A stretch of DNA of 64,000 bases, taken from Candidatus Woesearchaeota archaeon. Lineage in GTDB: Archaea; Nanobdellota; Nanobdellia; Woesearchaeales; UBA583. A program made the position numbers and the translations under genes. Where the stretch lies: the NCBI GenBank assembly GCA_965205335.1, contig OZ242164.1:800001-864000 (forward strand), read 5' to 3'. Positions 39,672 through 49,531 of this stretch are shown here, one piece after another. The notes beneath the pieces are model-generated. The model saw nothing but the letters and a program-made list of their open reading frames with translations. It was not told where the DNA came from and did not search any database. How positions within the stretch are numbered: the first letter of the stretch is position 1; each line of letters begins with the position of its first letter.

Positions 39672-41939
39672 ATGAAAAAAGCAATACTTAAACCGGACTT
39701 CTCCCCCAGAACTTACCAACAAAGTATTTTTGCTAAATCACTTGATAAAAACTCCTTAGTCGTTTTACCAACAGGACTTGGAAAAACCATAATTGCTTTA
39801 ATGCTTGCAGTTTACTATTACAACAAAACAAACAAAAAAATACTGTTCTTAGCCCCAACCAAACCCCTTGTAGAACAGCAGGAAAAAACATTTAAACAAT
39901 TCATCAAAAACGAAAACGAATTTAAATTCCAAACTCTTGTTGGGACAATCTCTCCTAAAAAAAGAATTAACTTATATGAAAACTCAGACTTTATCTTTTC
40001 AACTCCCCAACTCATTGAAAACGACTTAATCAATGAAATAATCAAACCCTCTGATTTCTGTTACATAATCTTTGATGAAGCCCACAGAGCAATTGGAAGT
40101 TATTCGTATTGTTTTATTGCAGATGACTTTTCTCGAGAATCAAATACAAGATTTTTAGCACTAAGCGCATCCCCGGGGACATCAAAAGATGAAATAAACA
40201 CAATCATTTCAAACCTGAAAATTGAAGAAGTTGTAGTCAAATCATGTGATGACCCTGACGTCTTATCATACGTTAACAAAACCAAAATTGAATACATTGA
40301 AGTTGATATGCCAAAAGCATTTGAAGAAATCAGAGACCTCCTTATGATTTCATACAACAAAAGACTATCAAAACTAAAAGAGATTGGAGTTCTACACAGG
40401 AAAAATTTAAACATAGTTACAAAAACTGATTTACTTAATTTGCAAAATGAACTAAGAGCCCAAATAGGAACAGGAAAGACCTCAAAAAGTGTATGGGATG
40501 CAATCTCAATCTCAGCAGCATTAATGAAACTTGGGCATGGCATTGAACTATTTGAATCAGAAGAAGTAAGCAGTGCTCACACTTATTTCCATAACATATT
40601 AAGACTAAATGGAGATAACTCAAAAGCCGCAAAAGAACTCTCAATTGATGCATCATTTAGACAAGCCTATGAAAAAATAACAAGACTAAAACAAAACTCA
40701 GTTCTACATCCCAAACTAATCAAACTAAAAGAATTAATTAACTCTGAAATCAGAAAGCATAAAGACCTAAAAATCATCATATTCAGCCAATATCGTGACA
40801 CCGTAACTAAAATAGTTTCTGAATTAGAATCAATTCCCAACATTAAACCAAGCATTTTTCTTGGGCAGGCAATGAAAGGAGGAATTAAAATGTCACAAAA
40901 AGAACAAAGAGAAATCTTGGATAGTTTTAGAGAAAGCAAATTTAACATTTTAGTCTCAACAAGCGTTGGAGAAGAAGGACTTGACATTCCAAAAGTAGAT
41001 TTAGTTATTTTCTATGAACCAGTTCCAAGTGCAATCAGAACCATTCAGAGAATTGGACGAACAGGAAGATTTAACGAAGGAAGAGTATACATTTTGCAAA
41101 CGGCAGGAACTCGTGACATAATTACAAGATACATTGCAGGAGCAAAAGAAAAACGAATGTACAAAGTCTTGGACGAAATAAAAAAGGCTATTAATTCTGA
41201 CACATCCGATTCAGGACTTAATAAATTTATCAGAGAAAAAAAATCTTCATTAGAAAATACAAACATAGAAAATTCTAACGATGCATTTGATTCAAGAATT
41301 CCAATCTACATAGACCAAAGAGAAAACACATCATTAATTAAACAATTGCACAAAATTGATGAAATAAAAACAATATCAAAACAACTTGAAGTAGGCGATA
41401 TAATAATTGACGAAAACATTGGAATTGAAAGAAAAGAAAAATCAGACTTTGTTAATTCCATTATAGATAAGAGATTATTTCCCCAGTTAATTAATTTAGT
41501 AAGAAACTATAGAAGACCCATATTAATTTTAGAAGGTTCATCTAACATCTTTTCACTTAGAAACGTAAACCCCAATGTCATAAGAGCCTCAATTTCTGCA
41601 ATCACAGTTGATTTAAGAATTCCAATAATTTACACTGACAACATAGAAGAGACAGCCAATATGATTCTAACAATAGCAAAAAGAACTAAAAGGCCTAAAA
41701 AGGAAGTCTCCTTGGCAGACAGTAAGAAATTCTTTTCTCAAAATGAAGAACTTGAAAAAGTTGTTTCAACAATCCCAAAATTAAATGTCGTAACTGCAAA
41801 AAGTCTTCTTGGAAAATTTAAATCACTAAAAAATTTAGCCAATGCAAGCGAGAAGGACTTACTTGAATGTGAAGGCATTGGAAAAACAAGAGCAAAATTT
41901 ATTTCTGAGTTTTTTAAAAGAAAGTACACTGAGATATAG
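39672..41939 (+). CDS. hef: Hef helicase/ERCC4 nuclease
   Basis: PTGLGKT, DEAH, SAS, EEGLD, QRIGRTGR; GDxn ERKxxxD; C-terminal HhH. Confidence 0.95.
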   Translation: MKKAILKPDFSPRTYQQSIFAKSLDKNSLVVLPTGLGKTIIALMLAVYYYNKTNKKILFLAPTKPLVEQQEKTFKQFIKNENEFKFQTLVGTISPKKRINLYENSDFIFSTPQLIENDLINEIIKPSDFCYIIFDEAHRAIGSYSYCFIADDFSRESNTRFLALSASPGTSKDEINTIISNLKIEEVVVKSCDDPDVLSYVNKTKIEYIEVDMPKAFEEIRDLLMISYNKRLSKLKEIGVLHRKNLNIVTKTDLLNLQNELRAQIGTGKTSKSVWDAISISAALMKLGHGIELFESEEVSSAHTYFHNILRLNGDNSKAAKELSIDASFRQAYEKITRLKQNSVLHPKLIKLKELINSEIRKHKDLKIIIFSQYRDTVTKIVSELESIPNIKPSIFLGQAMKGGIKMSQKEQREILDSFRESKFNILVSTSVGEEGLDIPKVDLVIFYEPVPSAIRTIQRIGRTGRFNEGRVYILQTAGTRDIITRYIAGAKEKRMYKVLDEIKKAINSDTSDSGLNKFIREKKSSLENTNIENSNDAFDSRIPIYIDQRENTSLIKQLHKIDEIKTISKQLEVGDIIIDENIGIERKEKSDFVNSIIDKRLFPQLINLVRNYRRPILILEGSSNIFSLRNVNPNVIRASISAITVDLRIPIIYTDNIEETANMILTIAKRTKRPKKEVSLADSKKFFSQNEELEKVVSTIPKLNVVTAKSLLGKFKSLKNLANASEKDLLECEGIGKTRAKFISEFFKRKYTEI

Positions 41940-41962
41940 TATATTGTATGTATCTCATGCTT

Positions 41963-44839
41963 TCATTCAGAAACAATGACGGTTCCAGTTGCCTGTGGGT
42001 TTATGTGATCATGGAATCGCCATGAACCAGGTGTATTGAAAACAAACGAATATGTTTCTCCCATGCCCTTTGCCTCACATGCGTCAAATATAGTATCTTT
42101 TTCAGAAGTGAAGCATTTTACGATATTAGATCCTGGGTATGCGGTGTGTGTGGGGTGGAGATTAGAGGCCGGCCAAAATGCCTGATCATCATTAACCCAG
42201 GTAACCTTTTGTCCAATTGAAATATGTACTGTGTTGGGAACATACTCACTATTAACATACCGAATTACACCATTATCAGTTTTCTGGACATCATTGGCAA
42301 CACCTGTTTCATTGCTTATAGAAAGCGGTAACGCCCAAGACGGTTTTTGTGTGTTACATCTGTCATTATGTTGTTTAGGTAACTTATTACAGAAATCATC
42401 CATCCCTTCAGGAGGAATGACCTGAGCCGCAATATTTATTAATTGATCATAACATTGGACACGAAAAGAGGAGTGATGATCCAGTTTACAGAATGCAATT
42501 GCCCTTTCTGCATGTGTCTGATCCCAAATTAAATCGGCAAGCACACCGCTTAAACATATATTCCTATTCTTTATATCCTGAATTGTCCCACATAACTCAA
42601 ATGATTGAACGGGATCCTGTAATACTGAACCTGAAATTGTTCTTCCCATGCTGCCGAAACAACTATGTTGAAATTGTTCTGGTATTTTCGCGCACTCATC
42701 TCCTATATGTCGTGGACTTCTCAGAAGTGTTAGCATGCGATCTGTCTGAAGAAAGTAACATGTATTTTTGTATTTATCATCAAGTATGGTGCATGGATAG
42801 TGTGGATCATCATTAAGATACTCAGTAATATGCTGTTCTTCATTTTCTGTGTCACTGCTCGCAAGACCACCGACAATGTTTTCCATAAAAACACCAGAAT
42901 AACATGAATTACGATGCTGTTTCTGTTCAATTAAATCACATGCATTCAATGCCCCATGAATATCATAATCAAACCATGCCATCAATCCGTGTCCAGTACC
43001 GTGAAGACATTGATGTAAACCAAAGGTTTCCTTTTCTTCCCTGCACAACAGTTTGATACTGTTTAGTAAGTTGTCAGTTCCCTTATCGGCAAAAAATGCC
43101 TCAGTAGCGCCGTGCCTGCATCCTGAATGGCACTCAACACCGCAACTTTTAAATGCAGTGCTGCCGAGCAATTCATACCCTCTTCTCCCTAATTCATGTG
43201 CGCGATTATGGCAATCAATGCCATTGGCATATCCGAGACGACTTAAGGATTGTGTGAGTGAACGAAGATTGTATGTTTTAATCATTTCATCCATAACCTC
43301 ATCATTATACAGCAACTTTTCAGAATCCTCTTCAGGTTTTAAAATTTTATTTGGTGTATCAATAGTTATTTTATCTATAACAGCATTATCATACAGCAAC
43401 TGCTCAGAATCCTCTTCAGATTTTAAAGTCTTATTTGGTGTATCAATAGTTTTCTCTTCAATTAGATCACTACCAGAAAATCCATCCAGTATCAGCTCAA
43501 AAGAGGCGCGAATGAGTATCCAAATCTTTCGCATTGAGTCTCTGATAAAAAAAATCAGTCCTGTTTCTTTCTGTTGATTTATATATGTGTGGTTATTCTT
43601 ATCCTGTATCTCCACATCTTCAGTTTCTAAGTGGTTATCCATATCCAGTACCTCTTTACTACTATGACTCAGACAGTCATCTTTAAATTCATCAGGTACA
43701 ATGTTACAAACCTTTTCGTATTCATCATAATCTGTAACTAAATTACCAACATTAGCACCAACCCATTTAAAACATTCTGAGGTCATATTAATTGCCGTGC
43801 AAAATTCTGATGATCTTTCAAGATTTAATGTGTCAAAATTAGCAAGATTAGCAACTGCTGCCCAGTAGCATTCTTGTATATATTCACTCGGAAACCTATC
43901 ACAGATATGAACAGCAGTTTCTATGAAATTTCCTTCAAATGATCCTCTTAGAACTTTCTGCCAACCCGGATTCGTTGTCATAAGTCCTATAGAACGAATA
44001 CAGAATGTAGTATGGTCCCCTGCATTCAGACATGCGTTTGTGGCATTTTCTAATGAATAATTAAAATAATCTATTAAATATCCCGCATGGTTTTCGTAGC
44101 ATTGCTGACGATATTTAGTATCAACAGTGTTACATGGCGCGAGCGGGTCATCTTTTTTAAAACCAAGCAACGCATCCGACTCTCCACTGAATTTTCCATT
44201 AACATTTTCCATAAAAACTCCCTGCCAACATCCTTCTTGAGCGGTTGGAGTTGACAGTGTATCACAAAGATTTAAGGCTTTTGTGAGATTATAACTTACA
44301 TAAAACATATAACCATGCCCAACACCATGATAGCAGTAAAATCTATCTTTAAGGGGGGTTGAGGGCAGACTTTCACATATACTTTCTGCGGCTTTCGCAG
44401 GCTCATTATGTTTTGCCAGTGCTTTTTCAAAAAATCCATGCTGGCAGCCGTAGTTAAAATCAGCAGGACATCGTAAAAAAGATTTTCCTGTTGCACCTAA
44501 GTGGTGAGATGCAGACCTTCCGATTGTATGCGCTAACTGATGTCCGTCTGTTTTTATTTCAAATAAAGAACTTGCCATAATGTCTTGTAAAACCACTATT
44601 GCCTTTTCCGGACCGTTTATTGAGACTATAGCATCAAGAATTTCTTCTGCGCAAAGATATGATTCATTTTTACAAACCTTAATGTAACATGTCTCTCTCT
44701 CTTCTGATTGAGATAGGCATGTTTTAATTACATCACGCATTTGTTGAGAATCAGAAATTGCGTGTTTCTCACCTTTATGTGCGAATCCATCTAAAATCAG
44801 TAACCCAATTATAACTATCAGTATAATTTTAAGTTTCAT
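41963..44839 (-). CDS. Secreted Cys/His-repeat protein with a C-terminal cupredoxin-like domain
   Basis: Signal peptide; two modules with GC.HG / C.HG.GHG / C..GVFMEN; ends ..VTWVN..HPTH..FHDHINP. Confidence 0.7.
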   Translation of the reverse strand: MKLKIILIVIIGLLILDGFAHKGEKHAISDSQQMRDVIKTCLSQSEERETCYIKVCKNESYLCAEEILDAIVSINGPEKAIVVLQDIMASSLFEIKTDGHQLAHTIGRSASHHLGATGKSFLRCPADFNYGCQHGFFEKALAKHNEPAKAAESICESLPSTPLKDRFYCYHGVGHGYMFYVSYNLTKALNLCDTLSTPTAQEGCWQGVFMENVNGKFSGESDALLGFKKDDPLAPCNTVDTKYRQQCYENHAGYLIDYFNYSLENATNACLNAGDHTTFCIRSIGLMTTNPGWQKVLRGSFEGNFIETAVHICDRFPSEYIQECYWAAVANLANFDTLNLERSSEFCTAINMTSECFKWVGANVGNLVTDYDEYEKVCNIVPDEFKDDCLSHSSKEVLDMDNHLETEDVEIQDKNNHTYINQQKETGLIFFIRDSMRKIWILIRASFELILDGFSGSDLIEEKTIDTPNKTLKSEEDSEQLLYDNAVIDKITIDTPNKILKPEEDSEKLLYNDEVMDEMIKTYNLRSLTQSLSRLGYANGIDCHNRAHELGRRGYELLGSTAFKSCGVECHSGCRHGATEAFFADKGTDNLLNSIKLLCREEKETFGLHQCLHGTGHGLMAWFDYDIHGALNACDLIEQKQHRNSCYSGVFMENIVGGLASSDTENEEQHITEYLNDDPHYPCTILDDKYKNTCYFLQTDRMLTLLRSPRHIGDECAKIPEQFQHSCFGSMGRTISGSVLQDPVQSFELCGTIQDIKNRNICLSGVLADLIWDQTHAERAIAFCKLDHHSSFRVQCYDQLINIAAQVIPPEGMDDFCNKLPKQHNDRCNTQKPSWALPLSISNETGVANDVQKTDNGVIRYVNSEYVPNTVHISIGQKVTWVNDDQAFWPASNLHPTHTAYPGSNIVKCFTSEKDTIFDACEAKGMGETYSFVFNTPGSWRFHDHINPQATGTVIVSE

Positions 44840-44955
44840 ACTTTCAAATTCTCACATAGGTTTTATAAATTTACTGAAAAATACTTATAAAAAAATATTA
44901 TAACTATATCAAATAAAATAAAAAATTTAGAGCCGAAACAACATAACAATCAATC

Positions 44956-45426
44956 CTAAAAAGGTAACCATGGAATTGTTTGGGCTAAACCTTGCATAAC
45001 TCCACTTACATATAAAGGAGTTAGATAATACGGAGCAAATCCAATCGCAAGAGCAATAACTAATTTATGCCATAATTTCTCCTTAAACCCTCTTCCTGAA
45101 ATACCTTTTACAGCGTGAGATGTAACCATCTTAATCATCATAAACAAAGTTACTAAAATTGAAACAACTAAACTATTACCTGACTCATCAATAAGCAAAA
45201 ACCTAAGCACCCATTCAGGAAACCACTCCTGAGATAAAAGCCATGGGACATTACTGGCAATTAAAACACCAATTATGGAAAAAAGAAGCCCATGCCACAT
45301 ATCACCAAAGAACTGACGCCCAGATGTCATATTTTCATCTTCATATACAAAATATGCCTCAATTATCCCTATTATCACGCCTACAAAGAAAGGCAGAACA
45401 ATATGTATAGTTACTTCCTCAGCCAT
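44956..45426 (-). CDS. Hypothetical 4-TM membrane protein
   Basis: Hydrophobic ORF starting 2 bp after the scpA stop. Confidence 0.6.
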   Translation of the reverse strand: MAEEVTIHIVLPFFVGVIIGIIEAYFVYEDENMTSGRQFFGDMWHGLLFSIIGVLIASNVPWLLSQEWFPEWVLRFLLIDESGNSLVVSILVTLFMMIKMVTSHAVKGISGRGFKEKLWHKLVIALAIGFAPYYLTPLYVSGVMQGLAQTIPWLPF

Positions 45427-45428
45427 TT

Positions 45429-46235
45429 TTAATCAGAATCCTCAACCTTATGAATCTCTATATCTCCAAGGTGCTCTTTTTGTTTTAAATAAACTTTGTT
45501 TTGATTATGCAGGTGTAAAAGAGGCATGAAAACCTCTAATAACTCAATTTTACTCCTTGCATTTTTTGAAATATGCCCAAATGTAACATGTCCTTTCTTA
45601 GATTTCCACTCACAAACAATTAAATCATGAAGTTCAGAAATTATTGTTTTTAAATCTTTTTTCTTCTTCTCAAAAATAGGTCCATCATATTCCCATTCAT
45701 GATTCTTGTAAAAAAAATTCTCACGACGTCTATTACTTTGCTTAAAAGTATTCTCTAATAACTTAACCAAGTCAAAAATATTAACCTTTCTCTTTCGGGC
45801 GATTGGATTTCTCACCTTAATTGCATACCTTTCTTTTCTCTTAAAATCAGAAATATCCTCTAAATGATTATCTATTTCTTCAAGAGATTCAATCTCCTCC
45901 ATAGAATCATCACTTCTCTGAGCCTGTGCAATCTGTTCCACAATTCCTCTCAAATCCTGCTCCACTAAATTTTCCGCCTTAGTCTTAAGCAAGAATACTG
46001 CAATTGTTAAGAACTTACCAGAAGAGTCAAAATCAACTTTTTTCAGATTTCTCATAACTTCAAGATACTTCTGAGTTAAAACCCCCAAATCAATATCCCA
46101 AGGGTTAAGATTTTCATCGTGAATTAACTGATACAAAAAACTCTTCCAATTAATTTCATTCTTATCATTTGCAACCTTTAAAATTCTCTCTTCTGGTCTT
46201 ATATAATCAGCAGTCTCACCATGTTGAATATCCAT
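45429..46235 (-). CDS. scpA: Segregation/condensation protein A (kleisin)
   Basis: LNPWDIDL..LT.KYL, LLKTKAE.L, FMPLLHL, Q...GDIEI. Confidence 0.85.
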   Translation of the reverse strand: MDIQHGETADYIRPEERILKVANDKNEINWKSFLYQLIHDENLNPWDIDLGVLTQKYLEVMRNLKKVDFDSSGKFLTIAVFLLKTKAENLVEQDLRGIVEQIAQAQRSDDSMEEIESLEEIDNHLEDISDFKRKERYAIKVRNPIARKRKVNIFDLVKLLENTFKQSNRRRENFFYKNHEWEYDGPIFEKKKKDLKTIISELHDLIVCEWKSKKGHVTFGHISKNARSKIELLEVFMPLLHLHNQNKVYLKQKEHLGDIEIHKVEDSD

Positions 46236-46337
46236 ATATTTCCCAATCAAAATCCTAATTTATAAATCTCTGTATTCTTTATCAAGTAGCATAAACTGAA
46301 ACAATACTAAGACTAACTATAAAACGAAAACATACAA

Positions 46338-47531
46338 CTATTTCCCTGAAATTATCTCAATAACATCACCAAACTCTAAAACATGTTCCTTCCCAACTGA
46401 CATCTTTGTTTTAATATTATTTGCCCGAATAAAATTCTTACCAAAGTCTGTATGCAACCTGAAAGCAAAATCAAGAGCGGTTGCATTACTCTCCATTAAA
46501 AAACAATCAGGCAGGACATTTCCATTCTTATCCTCAAGTTTAACGCCCCCAGGGAAAATAAGTTTCATTTTAAGCAAATCAAACACAGCAGAATTTAATG
46601 CCTCCTGAACTCCTGTTGTTTTCATAACATCTAATGCCTTTCTTATTTTATCTAAACCTGCAATTTGTATATCACTTAACCCAGAACTATCTACAATTTC
46701 AAAACCTGAATCCCCAGGAACATACATTAAAATATTAGAATCATGACCCTTTCTCAAATTAAACTCATACTCTGCCATAACTGGAATAATATTATACATT
46801 GGAAACTGTTCTCTTAACTTATTTAACTTAGTCTCCCACAAATTATTTTCCAAAAGAACATCGCATTTATTTGCTGCAATAATCATTGGCTTTGAAACCT
46901 CTCTAAGTTTCTTGGCAAGTTCAAACAAATTATCAGAAATACTAACCTTATCAAGACTTAACTCATTTACAGCCCAAAGGATCTGCCTCTCTGAAATCTT
47001 AAGCCCTGATAAAACAGAACCTAAAGCAATCTCAATTTTCATATCCTGCATTTTAACCTTCTTTTCAATATTTTCCCAGTGTTTTGAAATAATATTAAAA
47101 TACCAGTGATTTAACTCATCCTCTAAAAACTCAATATCATTTGCAGGATTATATGAATTAATCTCAACAATTTCCCCTTTATCATTTGTTGCTCCAGACA
47201 AATCAATCACATGAATTAGAGAATCTGCCTGCCTTAAATCATCTAAAAACTTATTTCCAAGTCCTCTACCTTCATGTGCCTTCGGAACAAGCCCTGCAAC
47301 ATCAATTATTTCAACAGGAACAAACCTGTAATCCCCTATCACATACCCCTCTCTTGGATTTGAATGCTTATTAAAATCAAGGGCCGGATCTCTTACCTTA
47401 ACATATCCCATTGCAAAATTAGGTTCAATCGTTGTAAAAGGGAAATTTCCTGAAGGAGCATTTGCAAGAGTTAAACTTCTAAAAAAAGCAGACTTCCCAA
47501 CATTTGGCTTACCAACAATCCCTATAATCAT
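46338..47531 (-). CDS. ychF: YchF/Ola1 family GTPase/ATPase
   Basis: GKPNVGKS, FPFTTIEPN, DVAGLV, GLGNKFLDD, NKCD, TGS domain. Confidence 0.93.
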   Translation of the reverse strand: MIIGIVGKPNVGKSAFFRSLTLANAPSGNFPFTTIEPNFAMGYVKVRDPALDFNKHSNPREGYVIGDYRFVPVEIIDVAGLVPKAHEGRGLGNKFLDDLRQADSLIHVIDLSGATNDKGEIVEINSYNPANDIEFLEDELNHWYFNIISKHWENIEKKVKMQDMKIEIALGSVLSGLKISERQILWAVNELSLDKVSISDNLFELAKKLREVSKPMIIAANKCDVLLENNLWETKLNKLREQFPMYNIIPVMAEYEFNLRKGHDSNILMYVPGDSGFEIVDSSGLSDIQIAGLDKIRKALDVMKTTGVQEALNSAVFDLLKMKLIFPGGVKLEDKNGNVLPDCFLMESNATALDFAFRLHTDFGKNFIRANNIKTKMSVGKEHVLEFGDVIEIISGK

Positions 47532-47609
47532 AAAATAACATCACGCATATTTGTTTAAAAATATTTACATTTCCCCAAATTATTTAAACAAATAAATTAT
47601 AACATACAT

Positions 47610-47957
47610 ATGGGTGAATTAAAACAGGTAATCTTAGTCAGAACAGATATAAAGATGTCAAAAGGAAAAACAGCAGTTCAGGTAGCTCACGCATCAGTTG
47701 AAGCAGTATTTAACACAAACAAAAAATTAGTCTCAAACTGGCGAAAAGAAGGAATGAAAAAAATAACTCTAAAAGTTGATTCATTAGAAGAACTAAAAAA
47801 ATTTGAGAAACAAGCAACTGATAACAATTTACCCACTGCTTTAATTACAGATGCAGGACATACTGAATTACCTCCCAAAACAATAACTGCTCTTGCAATA
47901 GGTCCTGCTCCAAGCATTAAAATAGATAAAATAACGCAAGATTTACCAAACCTTTAA
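47610..47957 (+). CDS. pth2: Peptidyl-tRNA hydrolase Pth2
   Basis: KQVILVRTD, GKTAVQVAHA, DAGHTE, AIGP. Confidence 0.95.
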   Translation: MGELKQVILVRTDIKMSKGKTAVQVAHASVEAVFNTNKKLVSNWRKEGMKKITLKVDSLEELKKFEKQATDNNLPTALITDAGHTELPPKTITALAIGPAPSIKIDKITQDLPNL

Positions 47958-48050
47958 ATTCCATCACTTACTTCATTTAGACTAAGCCTTCCTAATTCCC
48001 TTATACTCTAAAACTATACACAAATGCTACAAAACCTAAGATAATACTTA

Positions 48051-48446
48051 TTACTTCCCTTTTACCTGAGCTAAGATTCCATCATTTCTTCTAAAAAACA
48101 AACCGAACATAATCATAAAAGATATTAAAGATACTATAAAAATAGACACCCTAATCATACTCTGCAAATAATTCTGATTATCATGTCTTGCATCAAGTGC
48201 TTTCTCATATGAATCTCTCAAATTAGGATCATCAACACCATATATATTCTTATCACTTAAACTGGCATTAACATACTTCAACTCATCACTCCAGACATTA
48301 TCCTCAACTGCTATAATATAATAAGATATCTCTTCGTCAAATGCAGATAACATAAGACTAAACAGGAAAAGAAACAAAATCAAAATAAAACCCACTACAA
48401 CTAAGACATTATTCCTTTTTCTTATATTTCCTACTCCCTTCACCAT
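48051..48446 (-). CDS. Hypothetical 2-TM protein
   Basis: Two hydrophobic helices; TATA TTTATATA at 48482-48475. Confidence 0.6.
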   Translation of the reverse strand: MVKGVGNIRKRNNVLVVVGFILILFLFLFSLMLSAFDEEISYYIIAVEDNVWSDELKYVNASLSDKNIYGVDDPNLRDSYEKALDARHDNQNYLQSMIRVSIFIVSLISFMIMFGLFFRRNDGILAQVKGK

Positions 48447-48502
48447 TGTGATTAAACATATTTTGCAAAGCCACTATATAAATATTTGGATTATCTGTGA
48501 AT

Positions 48503-49444
48503 TGTGTAGTGCAGTGACATATGTCACCACCTCAACTTTCTCTGAAAGTTGTCAAACTCATAAGAAGGAGTTTGACCAAATAAGCCCTCATGAGGCCTAA
48601 AAGCATTGTATCTATATCTAAATAACTCTAAATCATTGTTGCAATACTTAATTTCTCTGTCAATTGTTCCAAACAAACGTTCCACTTTTCCATTTGTTTG
48701 AGGACGGTTAACTCTAGTTCTAATGTGCTTAATCCCTCTTCTTTGACGCCATTTATCAAACTTAGACTTCTTACTTGTGAGTCCATATGGTGCTCCATTG
48801 TCACTGATTATTTGATTAGGATTTCCAAATTTCTTGATTAAATTATCAAGAAACTGTGTTACAATTGGCGTTGTAACAGTTGGAACGTGTAAAATACCTA
48901 AACAATAACGAATGGCATCATCAATGACTGCAATTATTTTACCTTTTTCCCCAAATTCACTGTCATCAATATGCCAAAGTGAATTTGAGTGTTTACGTTC
49001 GAAACGAACGTATTTAACCTGAGACCCTCTATTTCCTTCTTTACGAGTTAAATTATTCTCTCTAAGAACTTTATTAATGGTTCTCTCTGAAATATCCAGA
49101 TTAGGTAGGATTTTATGAAGCTTTTTAGATCCCCAACCAGTTTTATATCGAAGATTTAAAATTGCTTTCTCATCTTCTAAAGTAACTTTGTAATAGATCT
49201 TGTTTGGTCTTGTAGACTTATCTTGATAATCCCATATTTCTTTATCAAAACGTTGTTGCCAACGTTTTAAAGTACGAATACTTACAAAGTATTTGCACTT
49301 CTCAGCAAGTATTTTCTTGCATTTAGAATAAGAGTTTTGTTTAACTCTTAGTTTTATGAAAACTTTCCTAATTTCGTATTTTTTCATAAAATTAACAAGA
49401 ATTGTTAATTTTTAGACTGGTGACATATGTCACTGCACTACACA
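48503..49444 (-). mobile_element. IS481-family insertion sequence, 942 bp
   Basis: Perfect 27-bp TIR TGTGTAGTGCAGTGACATATGTCACCA; 14-bp TSD GATTATCTGTGAAT at 48489-48502 and 49445-49458. Confidence 0.92.
48524..49387 (-). CDS. IS481 rve-type DDE transposase
   Basis: WHIDD, IDDAIR, SDNG, PQTNGKVER, YN..RPH; stop codon lies inside the TIR. Confidence 0.92.
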   Translation of the reverse strand: MKKYEIRKVFIKLRVKQNSYSKCKKILAEKCKYFVSIRTLKRWQQRFDKEIWDYQDKSTRPNKIYYKVTLEDEKAILNLRYKTGWGSKKLHKILPNLDISERTINKVLRENNLTRKEGNRGSQVKYVRFERKHSNSLWHIDDSEFGEKGKIIAVIDDAIRYCLGILHVPTVTTPIVTQFLDNLIKKFGNPNQIISDNGAPYGLTSKKSKFDKWRQRRGIKHIRTRVNRPQTNGKVERLFGTIDREIKYCNNDLELFRYRYNAFRPHEGLFGQTPSYEFDNFQRKLRW

Positions 49445-49531
49445 GATTATCTGTGAATAATACAGACAAATAAAACCTTAAAACAACATTTCAAAACCAA
49501 ACTTTATAAATAAATTACTCCCTGCTAAGTT

